Part shown: piece after piece, positions 17,184 through 25,848 of the stretch
Position numbering within the stretch: position 1 is the first letter of the stretch
Layout: each line of letters starts with the position of its first letter
DNA from: Actinomycetes bacterium
GTDB taxonomy: Bacteria; Actinomycetota; Acidimicrobiia; Spongiisociales; ZC4RG35
Direction of reading: 5' to 3'
Assembly: GCA_003242515.2 (NCBI GenBank)
Contig: QGUS02000002.1
Coordinates: 5,491-69,490, forward strand
Length of the DNA: 64,000 nt
The notes under the pieces: model-generated
The model's input: only the letters and a program-made list of their open reading frames with translations
Told to the model about the DNA's origin: nothing
Databases searched by the model: none
Position numbers and translations under genes: made by a program

Positions 17184-18373
17184 TCCCTTTGACGGACCGG
17201 GTCTCTGCACGTCTGGCCGGCCTGCCCGGCTCGGCCACTCTCGCCATGAGCGCCAAGGCCCGCGAGCTGCGGGCCCAGGGCCGCGAGGTCATCTCGTTCG
17301 CGGCCGGCGAGCCCGACTTCCCCACCCCGGAGCACATCCTAGCCGCCGCCTCCCGGGCCCTCCACGACCCGGCGAACCACCGCTACACGCAGAACTCGGG
17401 CCTCCCCGCCCTGCGTGAGGCCATCGCCGAGACCACCAGGGTGTACTCGGGGATCGAGGTGGACCCATCCCAGGTGATCGTCACCAACGGCGCCAAGCAG
17501 GCGATCTTCGACGTCTGCGCCGCACTGTTCGACCCGGGTGACGAGGTCCTCGTACCCGCCCCCTACTGGGTCACCTACCCGGCCTCCATCGGTCTGGCCG
17601 GCGGCACCTCCGTGCCCGTCCCGTCGCTGCCCGAGACCGGGTTCAAGGTGACGGCCGAGGACCTGGAACGCGCCAGGACCTCCAGGACGAAAGCCCTGAT
17701 CCTCGTCTCCCCCGGCAACCCCACCGGCGCCGTCTACTCCGAGGAGGAACTCGCCGAGATCGCCAGGTGGGCCAACGAGAATCGCATCTGGGTGATCTCC
17801 GACGAGATCTACCAGCGCCTCGCCTACTTCCATCCGGAGTCGGCCCCGTCGATCGCCGCCAACGGCGCCGACCCGGACCGGCTCGTCCTGGTCAACGGAG
17901 TAGCCAAGAGCTATGCCATGACCGGCTGGCGTGTCGGGTGGGCCATCGCCCCGCCGGACGTGGTGGCGGCCATGGAGCGGTTCCAGTCCCACGCCACCGG
18001 CAACGTCTCCAACGTCTCCCAGCAGGCGGCGATCGCCGCGCTCACCGGCCCGCAGGACACGGTGACCGCGATGAAGGAGGCCTTCGACCGCCGCCGCCGG
18101 CTGATGTACGAGATGGTGACGGCGATCCCGGGGGTCACCTGCCGGGAACCGGAGGGGGCGTTCTACGTGTTCCCCGACTTCAGCGCCCACCTCGGTGACC
18201 GCTGGGCCACGACCGACGACCTCGCCCTGGCCATCCTCGGGGAGGCCGGAGTCGCCACCGTCTCGGGCGAGTCGTTCGGCATGCCCGGGTTCCTCCGCCT
18301 CTCGTACGCCACCAGCGACGAGGAGGTGGAACGGGGCATGACCGCGATCACCGAACTGCTCGCCAGGGGCTGA
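17180..18373 (+). CDS. Pyridoxal-phosphate-dependent (aspartate-type) aminotransferase
   Basis: Class I aminotransferase pattern: GEPDFPTPEHI, Y..N.G.P.LREAIA, NPTGAVY, SKSYAMTGWRVGW (PLP lysine), RLSYA. The TTG start at 17180 overlaps the previous stop; TTG 17189 is an alternative. Confidence 0.85.
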   Translation: MIPLTDRVSARLAGLPGSATLAMSAKARELRAQGREVISFAAGEPDFPTPEHILAAASRALHDPANHRYTQNSGLPALREAIAETTRVYSGIEVDPSQVIVTNGAKQAIFDVCAALFDPGDEVLVPAPYWVTYPASIGLAGGTSVPVPSLPETGFKVTAEDLERARTSRTKALILVSPGNPTGAVYSEEELAEIARWANENRIWVISDEIYQRLAYFHPESAPSIAANGADPDRLVLVNGVAKSYAMTGWRVGWAIAPPDVVAAMERFQSHATGNVSNVSQQAAIAALTGPQDTVTAMKEAFDRRRRLMYEMVTAIPGVTCREPEGAFYVFPDFSAHLGDRWATTDDLALAILGEAGVATVSGESFGMPGFLRLSYATSDEEVERGMTAITELLARG

Positions 18374-18414
18374 CCGGAGGCCCGCCCTGGAACGCGGGTT
18401 TACACTCGGTCGGG

Positions 18415-19491
18415 ATGGAGCCCGGGATGCAGGCCAGAGCGATGTTGCTCGTCGAGCCGCGCCACTTCGCGCCGACGACTCTCGAGCTCACCCCGGCCGA
18501 GGAGGGCGGCTGGCTGGCCGTCGAGGCGACGGGTATCTCCGGCGTCGACGTCCAGCTGTGGAAGGGCGAGGCCCCCGACATCATCTACCCGCTGGTGCCG
18601 GGTCACCAGATCGTCGGCCGCGTCGCGGTGAAGGGGCCGAGCATCCCCTACCCGGTCGGGACCCGGGTGGTGGTCGAGCCGACGATCCGCTGCGGCATCT
18701 GCATGCGGTGCCAGCTCAACCTCTCCACCTGCTCGGGCCGCAAGCCCACCAACTCCTACGGGCGCATCCCTTCCTCGGAGCCTCCGGGCCTCTGGGGCGG
18801 CATGGCGGAGTACGTCTACCTCGACCCCAACGCCAGGCTGCATCCCGTCACCGACGACGTCCCTGCCGAGGTGGCGACCTTCGTCCATCCCCTCGCCACG
18901 GGTTACACCTGGGCGGTCGAGCTCCCCGCGCTGCAGCCGGGTGAGAGCGTCCTGATCCTCGGCCCCGGCCCGCGCGGCCTCGCCTGTCTCATCGCCGCCA
19001 AGGCCGCGGGCGCCAGCTGGGTCGGCATCACGGGTCTGACCCACGACCGCGACCGTCTCGAGCTGGCGAAGAAGCTGGGCGCCGACATGGCCGTCGACGC
19101 CGAGACCGACGACATCGCCGCCGAGATCGCGTCCCATCTCGGCCGGAGGCCCGACGTGGTCATCGACGTCACCTCCGACGACCCGGAGGCCCTCTTCACC
19201 GCCCTCGACCTGGTCCGGACCGGCGGCCGGGTGATCCTCGCCTCCACCAAGGGCAACCGGGCGCTCCACTTCCTCTCCGACGTGATCGTGGCGAAGCAGC
19301 TCACCCTGAAGGGCGCGATCAGCGCCACCCTCGTCGGCTACCAGTGGGCGACCAAGCAGCTCGAGTCCGACCCGCGCATCGACGACCTGGTGTCGCACCA
19401 GTTCCCGCTCTCCGAGGTGGCGCGGGCGATGCAGGCCGCGGCCGGCCTCCTCGGGCGCGACGAGCTGATCTCCGTCGCCGTCACCTTCTGA
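18415..19491 (+). CDS. Medium-chain dehydrogenase/reductase (zinc-ADH family) with an atypical active-site motif
   Basis: Structural-zinc cluster CGICMRCQLNLSTC. Rossmann motif ILGPGPRGLA. GHQIVGRV replaces GHE..G.V. Confidence 0.7.
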   Translation: MEPGMQARAMLLVEPRHFAPTTLELTPAEEGGWLAVEATGISGVDVQLWKGEAPDIIYPLVPGHQIVGRVAVKGPSIPYPVGTRVVVEPTIRCGICMRCQLNLSTCSGRKPTNSYGRIPSSEPPGLWGGMAEYVYLDPNARLHPVTDDVPAEVATFVHPLATGYTWAVELPALQPGESVLILGPGPRGLACLIAAKAAGASWVGITGLTHDRDRLELAKKLGADMAVDAETDDIAAEIASHLGRRPDVVIDVTSDDPEALFTALDLVRTGGRVILASTKGNRALHFLSDVIVAKQLTLKGAISATLVGYQWATKQLESDPRIDDLVSHQFPLSEVARAMQAAAGLLGRDELISVAVTF

Positions 19492-19498
19492 GGCGGGC

Positions 19499-20743
19499 GT
19501 GACGGGCCTGCCGGCGCGGCGTTCGGTGTGGTCCTGGGTCATCTACGACCTGGCCAACACGATCTTCGCCCTGGGCGTCGTGGGCCTCTACATCCCCGAA
19601 TGGATGGGCGACGTCGGCCGCCCCGACAGCCACCTCGCCGCGGTCCAGATCGCAGCCGCGATCGTGGTGGTGTTCCTGGCCCCATGGGCCGGCGCCCGGA
19701 CCGATGCCACCGGCATCCGCCTGCCGGCTCTCCGCCTCACCACGCTGGTGGCGGTCGCGGCCACCTTCTTCCTCGACACCGGCCCCGAGCCGCTGACGCT
19801 GGTCCTGCTCTTCGTCGCCATCGTCGGCGTGAACACGGGCTCGGTCGTCTACGACGCCCTCCTGGTGGAGGTGAGCACCCCGGAGAACCGCGGCTGGGTC
19901 TCCGGACTGGGCGTCGGCATGGGCTACCTCGGATCCTTCGTCGGTCTCGGCATCGGGCTCGTCGCCCACGACGTCCTCGGCTGGGGCCACGCCGGGACGT
20001 TCCGCACCCTCGCCCTGGCCTTCCTGGTCTTCTCGATCCCCGCCTTCGTGTGGGTCGAGGAGCACCCCCGTCCGACCCCCGACCCGAAGCCCGGGCTCGG
20101 CGACGTCGCCCGCCGCGTGGTGGCCGCCTGGGGAACGGCCCGCAGATACGACGGGGTGACCCGGTTCCTGGTCGGCCGCTTCCTCTACACCGACGCCATC
20201 AACACGCTGCTGGCCGGATTCCTCGCCCGGTACGTGATGGAGGAGCTGGAGATGACCAGCACGGACGTCAGCCTGCTGCTCGGCTCCGCCATCGCCGCGG
20301 CCATCGCCGGAGGCCTCGGCGCCGCCCGCCTGCTCGACCGGGTGTCCCCGGTGCGGATGCTCCGCATCGTGCTGGTCGTCTGGGTGGTGGGCCTGCTGGC
20401 CGTCGTGGCGGCCGGAGTCAGCGGGACCCGGAGCCTGGCCTGGGTGCTCGGGCCGGTGGGCGGTGTCGCCCTCGGCGCCACCTGGGCGGCCGACCGGGTG
20501 GTGATGACCCGCATCTCCCCGCCCCGGCACCTCGGTGAGTTCTACGGCCTGTACGCCACGGTCGGCCGGTTCGCCACCATCCTCGGCCCGCTGATCTGGG
20601 CGCTCGTCGTCGACTTCGCCGGCTGGGGCCGCAGCGCGGCCATGGGCGTGCTCGGCCTGCTGGTTGCCGCGGCCTGGTGGGTGCTGCGGAAGGTGGACGA
20701 CGGGCCTCGCACCTGGGCGCCCGGGGACCTGGTTCAGAGATAG
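19499..20743 (+). CDS. MFS transporter (UMF1/Atg22-like)
   Basis: GTG start. SWVIYDLANTIFALGVVGLYIPEW is typical of the UMF1 family. About 12 TM helices. Confidence 0.7.
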   Translation: MTGLPARRSVWSWVIYDLANTIFALGVVGLYIPEWMGDVGRPDSHLAAVQIAAAIVVVFLAPWAGARTDATGIRLPALRLTTLVAVAATFFLDTGPEPLTLVLLFVAIVGVNTGSVVYDALLVEVSTPENRGWVSGLGVGMGYLGSFVGLGIGLVAHDVLGWGHAGTFRTLALAFLVFSIPAFVWVEEHPRPTPDPKPGLGDVARRVVAAWGTARRYDGVTRFLVGRFLYTDAINTLLAGFLARYVMEELEMTSTDVSLLLGSAIAAAIAGGLGAARLLDRVSPVRMLRIVLVVWVVGLLAVVAAGVSGTRSLAWVLGPVGGVALGATWAADRVVMTRISPPRHLGEFYGLYATVGRFATILGPLIWALVVDFAGWGRSAAMGVLGLLVAAAWWVLRKVDDGPRTWAPGDLVQR

Positions 20744-21729
20744 TCGGGCCGGGTCCCGTAGGTGAGGTGCTGCTCCACCGCGTACGGGATGGGCAGCCCT
20801 TCGAGGCTGTAGGGGCCCCGCACCAGTCGCCGGCCCAGCTCGGCGAACCAGGTGTCGTTGGCGAAGGGCCACGGCCACGCCCGGATGCCGACCCTGGCCC
20901 CGACGATGCCGCCCACGAAGGCGGCCAGGGGGCTGCCCCCGATGCGGGCCGCCTGCTCCACCGTGAGGTGGGGCCGCTCGTTGGCCACCGCGGCGAGGAG
21001 CATCCCGGCCTGCACGGCCTGCAGCGGGTCGCTCACGTCACCGCCCACCACCTCGAGCGCCTCCTGCCCGTCGGTGACGCCGACGTGCCCGAGCAGGCGC
21101 TTCAGCGAGTCCTCCAGGCCGGCGAGTCTCGGGGCGTCCGCACCGTCCGGGTCGATGACCTCGATGGCCGGGATCACGACCTCGGCCACACCGGAGATCA
21201 GGTCCATCCCCGACTGGGCGTAGCTGAGCGCGGCGGCCGCGGCGGCCGCCATGACGCATGCCGCCACCGTGCCGGGCTCGCGGTCGAAGATCTCACAGAG
21301 CGCCAGGGTCTCGTCGACGAGGCGGTCCGGGTGCTTCCGGAACGCCACTCCCACCACGACGGCCCGGGAGAGCCCGTCGTTCGAGGGCGCGTCGTTGGGA
21401 CCGATCTCCCCTGCCCGGGCGCGGTCGAGCCAGGCTCGGAACGATGGGGTCTCGGCGCGGTAGACGGGCTCCTCGTCGAGGGAGCCGTCGAGCTCGAGGA
21501 TCGCCGCCCGCAGGCCGTCCCGCCTGATCCGGCCGTGCTCGATCAGCTCGTAGGCGATGACCGCGGCCTGGGCGGTGATCGCCGAGTAGCCGAGCTCCCA
21601 GGCGCCGCCGGCGGTGTCGCCCGCTGCTATGCCGAGGATCGCCCCGTCGCCCTCGCCGTTGACGAGTCGGAACAGGGGGGCGTGCGGATGCCGCTCGGGC
21701 TCCTGGCTGGTCGTAGACGGGTCTTCCAC
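20734..21729 (-). CDS. ADP-ribosylglycohydrolase-family protein
   Basis: N-terminal ILGIAAGDTAGGAWELG fits the G.a.GDAlG.p.E motif. About 330 aa with a helical, Ala-rich profile. Confidence 0.55.
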   Translation of the reverse strand: MEDPSTTSQEPERHPHAPLFRLVNGEGDGAILGIAAGDTAGGAWELGYSAITAQAAVIAYELIEHGRIRRDGLRAAILELDGSLDEEPVYRAETPSFRAWLDRARAGEIGPNDAPSNDGLSRAVVVGVAFRKHPDRLVDETLALCEIFDREPGTVAACVMAAAAAAALSYAQSGMDLISGVAEVVIPAIEVIDPDGADAPRLAGLEDSLKRLLGHVGVTDGQEALEVVGGDVSDPLQAVQAGMLLAAVANERPHLTVEQAARIGGSPLAAFVGGIVGARVGIRAWPWPFANDTWFAELGRRLVRGPYSLEGLPIPYAVEQHLTYGTRPDYL

Positions 21730-21764
21730 GAGTTGGCAGCGTACATCGGTACCCTCGCACGCAA

Positions 21765-22691
21765 GTGGCTCGTATCGCCGTCATCGCCAACCCCGTCGCC
21801 TCACAGTTCACCGGCGGCGCCCACCGCGACGTCATGTCGGCCCTCTCCTCGGCCCACGAGGCCGTCGCCATGTGGCCGTCGTCGGCCACCGAGGCGTCCG
21901 AGATGGCCGCTGCCGCGGCCGCGGACGGGTTCGACGTGGTCGTGGCGATGGGCGGTGACGGCATGGTCCATCACGTCTCCCAGGGCCTCGTCGGCACCCC
22001 GGCCGCGCTCGGGATCGTGCCCGCCGGGACCACGAACGTGGTGGCCCGTCTCCTCGGGGTCCCGTCCAAGCCCGCCAGGGCCGCCCGGTTCATCGCCTCC
22101 GACCAGCCGCCCGTCCCGATCGGGGTCGCCACCATCGTGGTCCCCCGGGGGTCGATCGAGACGACCCACCACGCCATCTTCGCCTGCGGCGCCGGTCTCG
22201 ACGCCGAGGTGGTCTCCCGGGCCGACCAGGATCCCTACCGGAAGTACCGGTTCGGGTCGATCCACTACATGCGCACCGCCGTCGGGGTCGCCCTCGGCAA
22301 GTTCGCCTCCCGGAAGCCCCACGTGACGGTCGCCACGGAGGGCTACGAGACGGTGGCATCGACGGTCCTGGTCCAGTTCCGCGACGTCTACACCTTCTTC
22401 GGCCGGATCCCGCTCCGCATCTCCGACTCGGCCCCGGCCCCGATGACGGTCTTCACGCTCGACCGCATCCGCCGCACCCGGGTTCCCCAGATCGCCTTCG
22501 ACGCGGTCTTCGGGAGGGACCTCACGAAGATCAAGGGCGCCGAGGTCTGGGAGGAGGTCGACCGGCTCGAGCTGCGGGCCGACCCGCCGATGTCGCTCCA
22601 GGCGGACGGCGAGAGCCTGGGCCTGGCGGAGGCGGCGACGATCGCCTGGAGCCCGAGCGCGCTGCGGGTGATCGCAGCCCACCGCGCCTAG
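21765..22691 (+). CDS. Diacylglycerol/lipid kinase family protein
   Basis: IAVIANP...DVVVAMGGDGMVHHV...LGIVPAGTTNVVAR are DAGK catalytic-domain motifs. GTG start. Confidence 0.8.
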   Translation: MARIAVIANPVASQFTGGAHRDVMSALSSAHEAVAMWPSSATEASEMAAAAAADGFDVVVAMGGDGMVHHVSQGLVGTPAALGIVPAGTTNVVARLLGVPSKPARAARFIASDQPPVPIGVATIVVPRGSIETTHHAIFACGAGLDAEVVSRADQDPYRKYRFGSIHYMRTAVGVALGKFASRKPHVTVATEGYETVASTVLVQFRDVYTFFGRIPLRISDSAPAPMTVFTLDRIRRTRVPQIAFDAVFGRDLTKIKGAEVWEEVDRLELRADPPMSLQADGESLGLAEAATIAWSPSALRVIAAHRA

Positions 22692-23203
22692 CGGCGGCTG
22701 AAGTTCGACGAGACCTTGATCTCCCCGTTGGGGACGAAGTGGACGACGCCGTCGTCGTCCCGCAGCACCGTGACCCGGAGTTGCACGTCCTCGACCACCC
22801 CGGTCACGCCGATGAGCTCCACGCGGTCCCCCACCGCGTACTGGTCCTCCGACAGGATCACGAAGCCGGCGAGCACGTCCCGCACCAGATTCTGGGCCCC
22901 GAAGCCGATGCCCGCGGCGACCGCCGCGCCGACGGCGACGAACGGGGTGAGGCTGAGCCCCCAGATCTCGAAGAGGCTCAGGATGGCGACGACCGTGACC
23001 ACGATGTTCACCACCCGGCGCATCAGCATCCACCAGGTGGTCGCACGGCGGGCGTTGCGGGGGTTCTTCTGCTCGATCCTCGCCACGGTGCCGCTTCCCA
23101 GGCGCCGTGCCAGGAACGAGACGCCGAAGGCCATGACGAGGACCGCCGTCGATCGGATCAGTGGTGCCATCCAGGACCGCTCCAAGAGGGCCAGGTCTTC
23201 CAT
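22688..23203 (-). CDS. Small mechanosensitive channel (MscS family)
   Basis: 171 aa. GAAVAAGIGFGAQNLVRDVLAGFVILSEDQYAVGDRVE...VTGVVEDVQLRVTVLRDDDGVVHFVPNG is the MscS TM3/beta-domain signature. Confidence 0.8.
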   Translation of the reverse strand: MEDLALLERSWMAPLIRSTAVLVMAFGVSFLARRLGSGTVARIEQKNPRNARRATTWWMLMRRVVNIVVTVVAILSLFEIWGLSLTPFVAVGAAVAAGIGFGAQNLVRDVLAGFVILSEDQYAVGDRVELIGVTGVVEDVQLRVTVLRDDDGVVHFVPNGEIKVSSNFSRR

Positions 23204-23237
23204 GGGGCGAGGTTAGAGGCGTCCTCCGGCGGGCCGC

Positions 23238-24413
23238 TCAGGTGTCGACGAAAGAGCGCAGGCGGGCGGCCTCGACGGCCAGCTCCGCCACCTGGGCCAG
23301 GGCCCGGGCCCGGGCGGTGACCACGGCGGTCACGGGCGCCAGCAGCGCCTCCACCTCCCGGCGGGCCTCCCCGTACCGGGCGGGCTCGGCCTTGCGCCGT
23401 CGGAACAGCGACCGGGGCTCCTTGAAGGCGGCGACGACACGCTCCACCCCCTCGGGCAGGGCGGCGCCGGCCCTGACGATCCGCCGTCCCGGCTCCCCTC
23501 CCACCCGGCCAGCCACGTCGTCCACGAGCCTCGTGAGGGAGTCGACGGCCCCCTTGCGGTCACCGACCAGCACGCAGGCGACGGCGAAGTCGAGGGCGGG
23601 CGCCATCAGGTCCCGATAGCCGACGGGCTTGCCGATGGCGGCCTCCATCTCGGTGGCGGCCTGGCCCAGGTCGATGATCAGCTTGCGGTACAGGGTCTCC
23701 GGCCACCCGGCCAGGGAGGCGAGGGCGGCGAGCAGGTCGTCGACGCCGGTCGGCGGCAGGTCGGGCGGCACCGAGGTACGGATGATGCGCGGCTCGGTGA
23801 TCCCGTCCTCGCGGAGCGCCTCGGCCAGGTCCGCCTCGACTGCCGCCGCGTCGTCAGGGCCGAGGCGGTCCACCTGGTTGAGGACGAAGAGGAACTGCGA
23901 CTGATAGCCGGCCAGCTCCCGGAGGTAGCGGTGGTGCAGGGCCGCGTCCCGGTACTTCTCGGGATCGACCACCCACACCAGCACGTCGATGCGGGGGAGG
24001 ATCCGCTCCACCCGGTGCCGGTTGGCGACCACCACGGAGTCGGTGTCGGGCAGGTCGATGAGACAGAAGCCGGAATGGGAATGGGTCACCCGGGTGGCGA
24101 TGCCGAGGAGGTCGAGGTAGCCGTCGAAGGAGGACCCGTAGGCGCCCGGTATCGCGGCTACGGGCTCCGAGGTCGTCGGCCTGATCTGCCCCACCGGAGC
24201 GGCCTCGCTCCCGACCAGGGCGTTGAACAGGCTGGACTTGCCCGAACCGGTGCCGCCCGCCAGCGCTACCACCAGCGCGTCCTCGGGATGATCGAGCCGG
24301 ACCCGGGCGTCGTTGATCAGCCGGGCCACCGACTCCATCTCCCCGATGGCTTCCCGGGTCGCCGCCAGCGCCAGGTCGGCGGTGTCCAGGAGCCCGGTCA
24401 GGGCCTCATGCAT
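23238..24413 (-). CDS. P-loop GTPase, paralogue B of an overlapping pair (dynamin/YfjP-like, helical C-terminus)
   Basis: G1 GGTGSGKSSLFNAL, RPTTS (G2), DLPDTDS in the G3 position, NQVD (G4), then about 200 aa predicted helical. Confidence 0.7.
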   Translation of the reverse strand: MHEALTGLLDTADLALAATREAIGEMESVARLINDARVRLDHPEDALVVALAGGTGSGKSSLFNALVGSEAAPVGQIRPTTSEPVAAIPGAYGSSFDGYLDLLGIATRVTHSHSGFCLIDLPDTDSVVVANRHRVERILPRIDVLVWVVDPEKYRDAALHHRYLRELAGYQSQFLFVLNQVDRLGPDDAAAVEADLAEALREDGITEPRIIRTSVPPDLPPTGVDDLLAALASLAGWPETLYRKLIIDLGQAATEMEAAIGKPVGYRDLMAPALDFAVACVLVGDRKGAVDSLTRLVDDVAGRVGGEPGRRIVRAGAALPEGVERVVAAFKEPRSLFRRRKAEPARYGEARREVEALLAPVTAVVTARARALAQVAELAVEAARLRSFVDT

Positions 24414-25755
24414 CGACCAGCTGCCGCGCAGCCGCCAGGTCGGCGACGCGCTCCCGAAGCTCAGCGGGGTCGGATGCGCCCGTTCCGGTCTCCCACACCC
24501 CGGCCAGCCAGTCTCCGACCTCCCGCCACACCCCGGCCAGCCCGGCCTCGAGCCCGCCGCGGGCGTCGTCGCCCCACTCGGGGTCGGTGAGGGCGGCAGC
24601 CGCGCCCCTGGGGTCCATCGAGTCGAGCCATGACCGGACCGCCTTCTCGATCAGGGGCAGGGCCCGCTCCGACACGGCGGAGAGCCCGCCCGCCCGGGCG
24701 AGGAGGGCCTCGGCGTGGGTGAGCACGTGGTCGGTGAGCCTCCCGTGCACCTCCGCCACCAGGCCCGAGGCGAGCGTCTCGGTGGAGCCCCGGCCCAGAA
24801 CCCTCCCCAACAGGCTCTCGGCGCGGATGACGGCCCACTCGCGTGCGGGGTCAGCCTGGACGGAAGGGCCCGTGGCGAAGGCGTCGCGGAGCCGTTCCCC
24901 GAACCCGGCGGCCTCGGCGGCGACCGTCTCCAGGCGGTCCGCCAGGGAGGCGGCCTGGTCGAGGGTGTTGCCGAAGACCCGCTCCGCCGTGTCGGCGGCG
25001 TGCTCCCGGCGCGTCCTGGCGACCTTGTACAGGCGGAGCCGCAGCTCCCGCACCGCCGGGGCGGGGAGCCGTTGGGCGCCGGAGACGAGATGGTGCTCGG
25101 GCACCCGCACCGGGGCGACATCGAGCCCGGCTGCGCGGAGCCGCGCCGCGAAGTCGGTGACCACGGCGCTGCCGCCGGGACCGAGGCGGTTGATGACGGG
25201 AACGACGGTGGCGCCGCGGGACATGGCGCGACGCAGCACCTCCCAGGGCACGGCATCGGCGTAGCGGCTCGCGGAGACCACGAAGACGACGATGTCGGCC
25301 CGGTCGATCAGCGCCTCGGCGATCACGCGGTGCCGGGTCGCGGTGGAGTCGATGTCCGGTGTGTCCACGAAGGTCATGTGCTCGAGGACGGGCGCCAGGC
25401 CGGTCCTCATCTCGGCGTCCAGGTCGCCCGCCACCTCGGCTCCGTGGTCCGGGTCGCCGGTGAGGACGAGCGGACGGGAGGTGGTCGGGCGGAGCGCCCC
25501 CGCTGCGGTCAGCTCCAGCCCGGTGAGCGAGTTCACCAGCGTCGACTTGCCCGAACCGGTCGGCCCGGCGAAGACGACGAGCAGCGGCCTCTCGGGCTCG
25601 GCAAACCTCGGGATCAGATACTCACGGATCGCCGTCGTGACACGATCGCGGGTCACGACCAGGTCGTGTTGGCCGAGGACGGACGCAGCCCTCAGGTCGA
25701 GACCCTCCAGGGTCCCGGCCAGCCGTTCCAGCGCGGCTACGAGGGGCGCAGACAC
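24406..25755 (-). CDS. P-loop GTPase, paralogue A of an overlapping pair
   Basis: GTG start at 25755. G1 GPTGSGKSTLVNSL, RPTTS, DTPDIDS in the G3 position, VINRLG where G4 is expected, and a long helical C-terminus. It overlaps paralogue B by 8 nt. Confidence 0.7.
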   Translation of the reverse strand: MSAPLVAALERLAGTLEGLDLRAASVLGQHDLVVTRDRVTTAIREYLIPRFAEPERPLLVVFAGPTGSGKSTLVNSLTGLELTAAGALRPTTSRPLVLTGDPDHGAEVAGDLDAEMRTGLAPVLEHMTFVDTPDIDSTATRHRVIAEALIDRADIVVFVVSASRYADAVPWEVLRRAMSRGATVVPVINRLGPGGSAVVTDFAARLRAAGLDVAPVRVPEHHLVSGAQRLPAPAVRELRLRLYKVARTRREHAADTAERVFGNTLDQAASLADRLETVAAEAAGFGERLRDAFATGPSVQADPAREWAVIRAESLLGRVLGRGSTETLASGLVAEVHGRLTDHVLTHAEALLARAGGLSAVSERALPLIEKAVRSWLDSMDPRGAAAALTDPEWGDDARGGLEAGLAGVWREVGDWLAGVWETGTGASDPAELRERVADLAAARQLVDA

Positions 25756-25848
25756 ATGCCGATTGTGCCACGACCCGGGAGGTCAACCTGCCCAACCCGG
25801 TCCATCGCCCGGATGGAGCCTCAGCCGCGCCGATTACCTTTCGAGGCG

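Noticed and set aside
20923-21045. Apparent loss of the GGDTDT metal-binding motif in the ADP-ribosylglycohydrolase-family protein (GGSPLA at 20923-20940)
   Set aside because: A second candidate, GGDVSD followed by PLQAVQAGMLLAA, lies about 35 residues upstream and may be the true counterpart. I cannot decide by eye which one aligns, so I make no claim of a pseudoenzyme.
24715-25848. 5' portions of over-long track ORFs. This one is the first 1.1 kb of the 836-aa 'decarboxylase' ORF. The same applies to 2031-2471, 4403-5341, 14627-15127, 10806-11531, 31578-32237, 33543-33800, 35291-36733, 42339-43004, 42890-43456, 42958-43980, 49210-50151 and 55365-56405.
   Set aside because: These extensions overlap well-supported genes on the same or the opposite strand and have junk composition. 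Each has an internal start with a 4-nt stop/start overlap or an RBS, from which recognisable homology begins.
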